A stretch of DNA of 64,000 nt from the human T2T-CHM13v2.0 reference genome, Homo sapiens, in assembly GCF_009914755.1 (NCBI RefSeq), contig NC_060930.1; one strand, 5' to 3'. Positions 54,010 to 64,000 of the stretch are shown piece by piece. Below the pieces are notes generated by a model that was given only the letters and a program-made list of their open reading frames with translations, ran no database searches and was not told where the DNA came from. The first letter of the stretch is position 1. Every line of letters begins with the position of its first letter. A program made the translations under genes and the position numbers.

Positions 54010-54290
54010 ACTTTACTTATTTCTTTACTCATGTGTGTATTTATTGAATAAATAGGTATTAAGGGCTTGTTTTCTGTCAGGCACTGTTCTACGTACTGTG
54101 TTTATAGCAATGAAAAAAAAAAAAAAAAAAAAAAAGAAAAAAAAACAGTAAAAAGTCCCTGCCTCTGCAGCTTTACAAATTCTAGTAGGAAACCCTGGAA
54201 AGTTTTGAGTAGAGGTGAGATGTAACTTGGTTTATGTTTTAGGAAAACCTCTCTGTCTGCTCTGTTGAAAATGGATTGCATTTATTAAAT
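54010..54290 (-). mobile_element. L2 3' end with expanded A-tract (54113-54145)
   Basis: tgtcaggcactgttcta...aaaagtccctgcc...gaaaacctctctg.ctgct. Confidence 0.7.
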
Positions 54291-54687
54291 AGAATGGACT
54301 GGTGGACTATCAAAGACACCAGAGTGAGGCCTTCTTTCTGTCCATTTGAGCTTAAGAGTATAGCGTCTCAGACCTAGTTGCTTAAGACTTTAGAACGGTT
54401 CACTCAAAACAACACTTTTGATTGACCATCTTATAATAAACCCAATGGTGGAGGAAACTCTTCTCCTGAAGCATTCCTGAAATCTTACCTGAGTAGACCT
54501 CTCTTCATGCAGGGTCTCTGCAGGCTGAATGCCTGGTACAGACTACCATAGAAAAGCCTTCCTAAAAATTACAGTAGCTGCTAAATGTCTCTTGAAACTT
54601 CGTATCAGCATTTTATTAAAAATTCAGGTCTTGATCTCTCAATATATTAACTTGCATGAGAAATGGATTTGGGGATTAAGGGTAAAG

Positions 54688-54905
54688 AAGCTAACATTTG
54701 TTGATAGCATATAATGTGCCAGACTCTTTATGTACATACTTTCATTTAATCCTCATACCAACAATGTGTGGTGCAGTAGATATTGTTATCCCTAATTCAC
54801 AAATGTGGAAAATGAGCTCAGAGTGGTTAAGTATTTTCCCCTATCCCATGACTTGACAGTGTTATGAACAGGACTGGGAGACCCAAGATACCTCCTTCTC
54901 ACAAC
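54688..54905 (-). mobile_element. MIR
   Basis: agctaacatttgttga...tcatttaatcctca...gctcagagtggttaagta. Confidence 0.8.
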
Positions 54906-55164
54906 ATAGCTGCTGCTGCTGTCACGTCAATGATGACTACTACTGTACACTGAAGGCACCACTATTTAACTACTCACCATTATTACACCATTTCAAATTA
55001 AATGAATGTACAGATTTATGACTTTTGCAACCCTTGCAATTCTGTTATTAGCCTATAATTGAGATCGTTCAAGCATCCTCCATCTTGAATTGCTTGCTGT
55101 ACAATATCCCTGCCAAAAGTCTGGCTGGCAAAGTTGATAGAGCAGCATAGAAACAACCATTGTC

Positions 55165-55790
55165 CATTAGGAAGGCTACCTTCAAAAGGACAGAAAATAA
55201 TAAGTGTTCGCAAGGATGTAGAGAAATTGAAACTCTTATGTACTGTGGGTGAAAATGTAAAATGGTGCAGCCATTATGGAAAGCAGTGTGAAACTTCCTC
55301 AAAAAAATCAAAAATAGAATTATCATATGATCCAACAATCTTACTTCTAGGTATATATCCAAAGAAATTGAAAGAATGATTTCACAGAGATATTTGTGCA
55401 ACATTTTCATTGTAGCACCATTTACAATAGCCAAGAGGTAGAAGCAGTCCAAATGTTCGTCAATGGATGAATGGGCAAATAAAATGTGGTATATACACAG
55501 AATGGACTATTATTCAGCATTAAAAGGAGAAAATTTAAAAAGCACAAATACTGTATAATTCCACTCATATGAGGCATTTAAGATAGTCAAAAGCATAGAA
55601 AGAAAGTAAAATGGTGGTTGCCAAGGGTTGAGGGAAAAGGTGTTTAATGGGTAAAGTTTCAGTTTTGCAAGATGAAAAGTGCTACAGATATATTGCACAA
55701 CAATGGGAATGTACTTAAGACCACAGAACTATACACTTAAATGGTTAAGATGGTAAATGTAATCGCATGTGCTTTTTACCGCGATAAAAA
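55165..55790 (+). mobile_element. L1MA9/L1MB-type 3' end
   Basis: aaggatgtagagaaattgaaac...gtttcagttttgcaagatgaaaag...aatggttaagatggtaaa. Confidence 0.88.
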
Positions 55791-57668
55791 ATATTCAAGG
55801 AAGAAAGGTTATCTACTGATTAGTACCTAATCACCATTGCCACTTGAAAATCCAAGACAAGAATTAGCAATATATTTTTATCTTAGTTGACAGTAGGATC
55901 TTGGATAATTAATATTTGTTGGTGGTTTATTTTTAGGGACAAGAAACATCATTATAGATGCTTCTCCTGTATCATCTCTCTTTCAAACAACTGATATTTG
56001 ATGGTGTATCTAAATTCATTCCTTTTGGTATGATATGGCTTTCTTTTGGCATTGGTGGTATTTTAATGGGCAAAATAAGTAATAAGGCACTTGTTATTTA
56101 AAAATTAGAAGTGAGCATTCTAGTCATCCATTTCTTCAAATTTTCTAAGCTCTACCCTTCTTCCAAGTTAGGTCACCCAAATGCTATATGCCTGGAGAAT
56201 ATTAGTGTTTCCCTTTCTGTAGAAGTGGTTCGACAAATTCCCAATACATTAACATGTTTTTGACCTTTATCCAGGGTCAATCTAAGAAATGGCTTTATGA
56301 AGAATACCTCTCTATCATTTGTAAAATTGCTATTAAACACAATGTTAATTTATGTTTCTTATAAAACACACTTGCATTCAATCTCTCTGATTTTTTTTAT
56401 TTTTTATTTTTTAGTTTGGGAATGTTTGTCTATTTTTCTTATGTGACTATATTCTTCATTTATTATAAAATGAGAATGATATCACCCATTCTGTTTTCTC
56501 TTTACCTAGCCTCTAGGAAATCCAGAGTCTATGTTTATATGAAATTTAATAATTATTTAGCCCAGATTTCTGGCATCATTACCAACATCATCACTATTAA
56601 GCATTACATCATTGCTTTGTATTTCTTTGTGAATGAACTTTAATCCTGTTACGGATTTAACTGTAATTTCTGAGCTTGTATTCCTTATCAAACAGCAGGG
56701 AAGTCTCCCAATTTGTCATTGGAAGGCTTTTCACTTCTGTGCTATTACCTATTGAAGCATTTCTCAAATGTTTAAAAACTGTCCCTAAAGGCAGAAAGAA
56801 TGAATGAAAATCCTGAAGGGGTTTGGGAGTGTATCTCAAGTAGCTCAGTGCTGGCATAATATTTCTTTGTATTTTATGTTTTATCTCCTCCAAAAACACA
56901 TCTGCATTTTTTAGAGATAAAAAGATAATTTTTAAATCACTTATCAGTCAACATACTTACCTTTTCCTTTTTAAATCTTTGAGTAAAATTAATACTCAAG
57001 GTAGATGTACTATTTTTATCTTGTGACTTTGAAACCCCTTTGATTCCTGACACTAAATGTAACACAAGAGAGACATTGAGAGCTGAAAGTAAACCTGCAA
57101 ATAACCTTTCCCAATCCCTTCATTTCCTGTGTAATGAAACTTGGGTACAGAAAAGTTCAACCAAGATCTCCCAGAATAGATTTTGTTTCTGGTCTCCTGG
57201 GCCAAAGGACTTCCTGTTACATCACATGCCTCATTCTATGGCCTTGCAGCCTAATGAATCATACAAGAAGGCAGGATCAGATGATCTGCAGCTCCCTTTC
57301 CAGCCCTACTATTTTGTTTTTGTGCTTCTGAAAGCCATGACTACACTGAGCTCAATAATATAAGTGGAGTTAAAAATAATTAAAGACGTCAATAGCTGTC
57401 ATGAAGATGCCCAATATTGTGTAAAGTAGTTTGCATCCTAAACACACGACTCACATGAGAATATTTTGAAGGATGCAGCAATGCTCCTAGAACACTCTGT
57501 ACACAGAGGTGGGTGAAAGTTTGCATTTAAATTTCAACGTTCTGTTCACCTCTATTTTTATATCAGAATGTAAATGTCACAAAGACAGATATCATCAACA
57601 GGGGGATATTGTTTGTACGTATCAGTTTCTGGATATAGATTCAGGTCCCTGAGTTATTATTCTTTAGT

Positions 57669-58216
57669 TAGTGCTGTCCAATAGAGCTTTCTGGGGTCAT
57701 GAAATGTTTAATATCTGCTCTGTACAGTATGGTGGCCACGAGCCTCATGCGGCTATTGAACACATGAAATGTGGCTAGTGCAACCAAAGATCTGAATTTT
57801 ATTATTTATTTATTTATTTTTATTTACTTATTATTATTATTATTTTTTGAGGTGGAGTCTTGTCTTGCTCTGTTACCCAGGATGGAGTGCAGTGGCACGA
57901 TCTCGGCTCACTGAAACCTCCGCTTCCTGGGTTCAAGTGATTCTCCTGCCTCAGCCTCCCAAGTAGCTGGGACCACAGGCGCCTGCCACCTCACCCAGCT
58001 AATTTTTGTATTTTTAATAGAGACAGGGTTTCATCATGTTGACCCGGCTGGTCTCCAACTCCTGACCTCAAGTGATCCACCCGCCTAGGCCTCCCAAAGC
58101 GCTGGGATTACAGGATGAGCCACTGCACCTGGCCTGAAGATCTGAATCTTAAAAGTTAAGTGTAATAAATGTAAATAGCACATATGGCTTCTGGTGACTG
58201 TATTGGACAGTGCAGC
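57669..58216. mobile_element. MER3 hAT-Charlie MITE split by an Alu
   Basis: Terminal inverted repeats gctgtccaata / tattggacagt; internal gaaatgtggctagtg. Confidence 0.85.
57798..58134 (-). mobile_element. AluS (Sz/Sx)
   Basis: Full dimer; TSD aagatctgaat (57787-57797, 58137-58147). Confidence 0.95.
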
Positions 58217-58980
58217 CTCTGGGTCTTATAAAAGAGGAGAGATATAGAATTGGAGGAATGAGGTGATCAACTTTCAAAACACAGATACGAAGAACAGGCA
58301 AGTCATTTTCTTTTACTTCAAGTCTTTCCAAAGATATCAAATTAATCATTGTTAATCATATTAAGAAATATCTCAGGAGAGGAAAAATATTTATCTTTTT
58401 CTTAAAAAAAAGACAATTTAGTGACAGTCATAAAATTAACTGCTTTAAAACGGGGGAAAAAAGTGAACACTAATGCCATCTTGTGGATTCTGGATGCTGG
58501 GACATGCTCAGGTTTTGTGAACGTGTGTTCAGTGACAAGCCATGAAGTCCAGAGAGTAGTCACATTTGCCTTTCAGTTATATATTTTGAATGTGTTTGCA
58601 TGAATTATAGCCAGAGGGCTTCAAAGAATATCCACACATTAAAAATCAATCTTGAAAAAATAAATAATCTTTTATTCTTGATTGACTTGAATGGCTGATA
58701 AAGGATGGGCAACTATCTGAATTCAGTAACAATGAGTTTTTGAAAAAAAAAATCATAGTTGGCGCCTGTTTGGGTTCATTTCTATAACAATAATTTAAAA
58801 CATTTTCCCAATGTCTTCCTTTACCTCTTTAAAGTATCATGGAAAATAAAAAGGAGATACAAAAAAGTGCTTAGAAATTTTCAAGATCCTTGAATCAAAA
58901 CAGAACTATCTTTCTATATTTTATATATCTGAAAATGTTTTTGATTGTCATGTATAGTTATATTTGCTTCATCACATACC

Positions 58981-58981
<1 letters not shown>

Positions 58982-59021
<40 letters not shown>
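58982..59021. repeat. (AC)20 microsatellite
   Basis: Directly visible. Confidence 0.97.
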
Positions 59022-59023
<2 letters not shown>

Positions 59024-60414
59024 CTGCAGTTATTCAGTTCCCTTTTCTCATCTCATATTCCTGTCATTAAATGAGTTGTACGGCCCTCTAGGACAAGAAC
59101 TCTGCCTTTGGTACCATAGTGCTTGTCAAATATTAAGTGTAATTTACACTTATTAATTGATTTGTCTTCTGGATCTCCTTCTGCTAAGGCTCTCACAGAT
59201 ACTCTCCTGGCACAAACAAGGATATAGGAATTGTTTTTATCCTATAAAATGCTTATCTGATAAAGTTAAAAGGTAATAAAAATGATTTTACATACATGAT
59301 GGCGATAAGGAGGAAAAATCCTGCACGTGTAATTATGATGAGGCATAAGGAAGAAGAGATGATGATGTATACTTTTTTTCTTTCTATCTGGCCCAAAATG
59401 GTGCTGATGATTTGTATTGGAGACATCTTTTAAATATAGTATTAATAAATAGACTTTAAATTATTTGTTTGGAAATTTAAATGTCATCATTGTGTTAGGG
59501 TGTTCAATAAGCCTAAATTTGAAGGGAGGACATTGTAATTAATGATGAATTCAGAATTCTGAATTTAGAATTCTGGAAATTTAATCTAGAAAGTAATAAA
59601 TCATGTGTATTGATGTATCCATGAGGCAGAGATTGAAGAGAGGAGAGGAGAGGAGGGACATCAGAAGCTCAAGCATCAAAAGATTATTTGTCTCCAAAAA
59701 AGAATTTATTGGTGCTATAAAGTGGAACAGGAAGACACAATACTGTTCTATAGAAAGAAATTGAGGATTTTGAACATATTGTGATGAACATAAAGTGCAA
59801 TGTGTGCTGTAAAAGATAAAAACATCAAGTCTGAGGCAGCAAGTCCAATAGAAATGGATTAGGAAGAGTAGCTAAAGCTGTAATAAGAGACACGGTCATT
59901 TAGGTTCACCGGTGGAATCAGGAGAAAAGAGCTTCCTAGATCATTGACATAAAAAGAGACTAGAAGGCTTAGCTTTTGCTGGGAATAGGAGAACATATAG
60001 ACCCAGAAAAAGATATCTGAGAAATAAGAGACAAATCAAGTGTAATTCTCAAGATATAGAGAAGACAGCAATATTAAAGATACTAAAGCTGACAATAATA
60101 AAGTTTACCATGTGAAAACCAGGATCATTTCAAATGAAAGGAGAGAGTTCTTTCCCTGCCTTATATCCTGTTTCAGGAATAAATTTATTTTCCAAACATA
60201 GGTCAATAAAATAATAGTAACAGATTTTAAAGGTTTGTACACCAAGAACTTAAAAGGAACATAACTTATATTGGGAGACATTCATGAAAGGAAACTCAAT
60301 GTTAGTATATGTAAATTCATTTTTTTTCCTGCTGGAATAAAAGTAAAAATGGTAAAGGCAGTGAGGAAAATTTATCTTTATCATATATGTTTAAAAGAAA
60401 AAAATTAATCATTT

Positions 60415-62330
<1,916 letters not shown>

Positions 62331-62489
62331 ATAAGAGAAAAGAAATAGAATGTATGTATGTGTGTTTGTGTGTATTTGCATAAAATAACCATTTTTCCTC
62401 CTAAAGAATTCAGAGCTACTCCTATAACAAAACAAACTGATATAATAGAAAAGTGACATGTTGCATTCTGTTTATATGACCATTATTAC

Positions 62490-63830
62490 ATTTTTTAAAT
62501 TTTATTTTTATGTTTCAGATTGCGTCTTAAAAATGGAAACATTTCCCTACGTATGCAAAATAACATTATTACATTTAGTAATCATTCCATTATATCTCTT
62601 CATACCTGTTATATAATGAAATTTTGCTTACCTGTTACAAAAATGTTCTTTGGAGCTGATTTCATTTTTCCTAAGTAGAATCCAGTCCTTACATGATACC
62701 TGGTTATTTTTTTCCTAAAGTTTCTTTTCATCCACAATGGCCCCTTTGTCCTTGACACTGATTTCTTGAGGAAACCAGGCCAATCTCCCCGCATCGATTT
62801 GCTTATTGCAACTTTATGGGTTCTGATGATCTTGTTCTTTTTTTCATGTATTTACTGCAAACTGGAAGCTAGAAAAACAACTGGTGAGTTCAAGATAAGT
62901 CTTTTTTTTTTTTTTTTGCCTAGACTGTATTATCAATGATGTCATATATTTATTAAACTAATAAGCATATTAATAACTTGTTGGTCCACCTTAGCAATGG
63001 TTTAAAGGTGACAAGCTCTTCATTTTACAGATGTATTTTTCCTTGTGACTGTGTAGTGCTCTTTTGGTATCATAAATCTGTTTAGTTCCCCAGTAACAAT
63101 TCACTTAATAATAATTGATAATCTTTGCCTGAATAAAAAGCTTCATTTTAGAAGTGATGGTTTCTAATCCAATAATTTCTTCTAAATATATTATTTGGCA
63201 TTCTTCTAGAAAGTAGCACTTTTTGCTTCATCAGTTGAGACTATTTGGTTATCTTAAAGTTCTTGCTTGAAAAGCAGAGTAAATGCTTAGTTTTTTCTTT
63301 TTATTTAACACATTTTTAAAGTAAGGAGTTACTTTAAGAGTGACCTCAATTGATAACAAATGCATTTTTTGACTTTCTCTTTTTTGAGTGTCATTATAAA
63401 GACATGGACTTTCATAGATGCCAAGGGGTTCATACAGCTGCAATCATTATTCTTTTCAATGCTTAAATTGACACAATTCTGGCCATTCAAGAACCCTTCA
63501 AATGGAATCTTATGTCCTTTTCACAGACCCCATGTATCTTGGAAGTATTCTAGCACACAAGATACTCCAGTCTCACATTATAACTTATTTACTCATAACT
63601 CCACTCAGCCATTTCCCTGCAAGGACCCGTTTTCCTTTTAGTCTTGAATTATATTAAAGATCATAAGCTGATCCATAAGGAAGATCATGACTACTCTTGC
63701 TACCATTCTCCTCAGCCATTTGAGTAGACAATATGAAGAAGCAGTTACCAAGCTTATTTTATATTCACCTTCTTCCCCTTTTTCTCCCATTTTCCCTTTA
63801 TTGTGCTACATCTACACTGTCATATAATAT
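62490..63830 (-). mobile_element. L1MC4/L1MC5-type 3' UTR
   Basis: gaggaaaccaggcca..., aatgcttaaattg..caattctggcca..aacccttcaa. Confidence 0.6.
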
Positions 63831-64000
63831 TTATGTTCTTACAGCCAACCATATCCCTTACTGTAAAAGCTATCACAATAAGTGTAAACAGACAAAACTC
63901 ACCAGTTAGAGCACAGAGATTCTCTCAAAGAGTTGCCTATGTGCTGTTACAAGTAGCAGTTCAAAAACATAGTTAAAAGAATGAGAGTAAAGGAGGTTAC

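Noticed and set aside
54113-54145. Processed pseudogene tail
   Set aside because: The A-tract lies within an A-rich L2 segment with no upstream mRNA-like body or TSD; slippage is sufficient
55069-55452. Longest ORFs (127 aa on minus, 81 aa on plus)
   Set aside because: They are antisense and sense translations of the L1 ORF2 C-terminus (IELSYDPTILLLGIYPK), not a host gene
56952-57100. Minus-strand exon ending at a perfect AAG/GTAAGT donor (atacttacct, also U1-like)
   Set aside because: Only a weak upstream acceptor, no partner exons, and no further U1 snRNA similarity

Overview
AT-rich, CpG-poor primate genomic DNA, human or great ape judging by the AluY and L1PA2-type elements. It looks like a gene desert or a long intron. 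I found no supportable protein-coding exon, RNA gene, CpG island, CRISPR array or prokaryotic-type system, and the ORF track is explained by Alu, L1 and LTR sequence or by chance. Roughly half the window is interspersed repeat: about 17 Alu/FLAM copies, old L1M and young L1PA fragments, L2, MIR, CR1/L3, a MamSINE1-like element, 13 solo LTRs (THE1, MST, MLT1, MER34/39, LTR40, MER41 and MER66 types) and hAT MITEs. Subfamily names come from recalled consensus sequences and need RepeatMasker/Dfam confirmation. The most notable signals are fossil DNA-repair and rearrangement footprints: a multi-template insertion inside an L2 (9975-10094), a telomere-like tract seeded at a CCCTAA in an L1 (2446-2475), a young 227-bp tandem duplication with TAGC microhomology, an AluY/AluJ deletion chimera and a tailless Alu with intact TSDs. 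There is also a 44-bp minisatellite and a MER41-type LTR with tandem STAT (GAS) sites. I cannot support a novel biological system beyond these.
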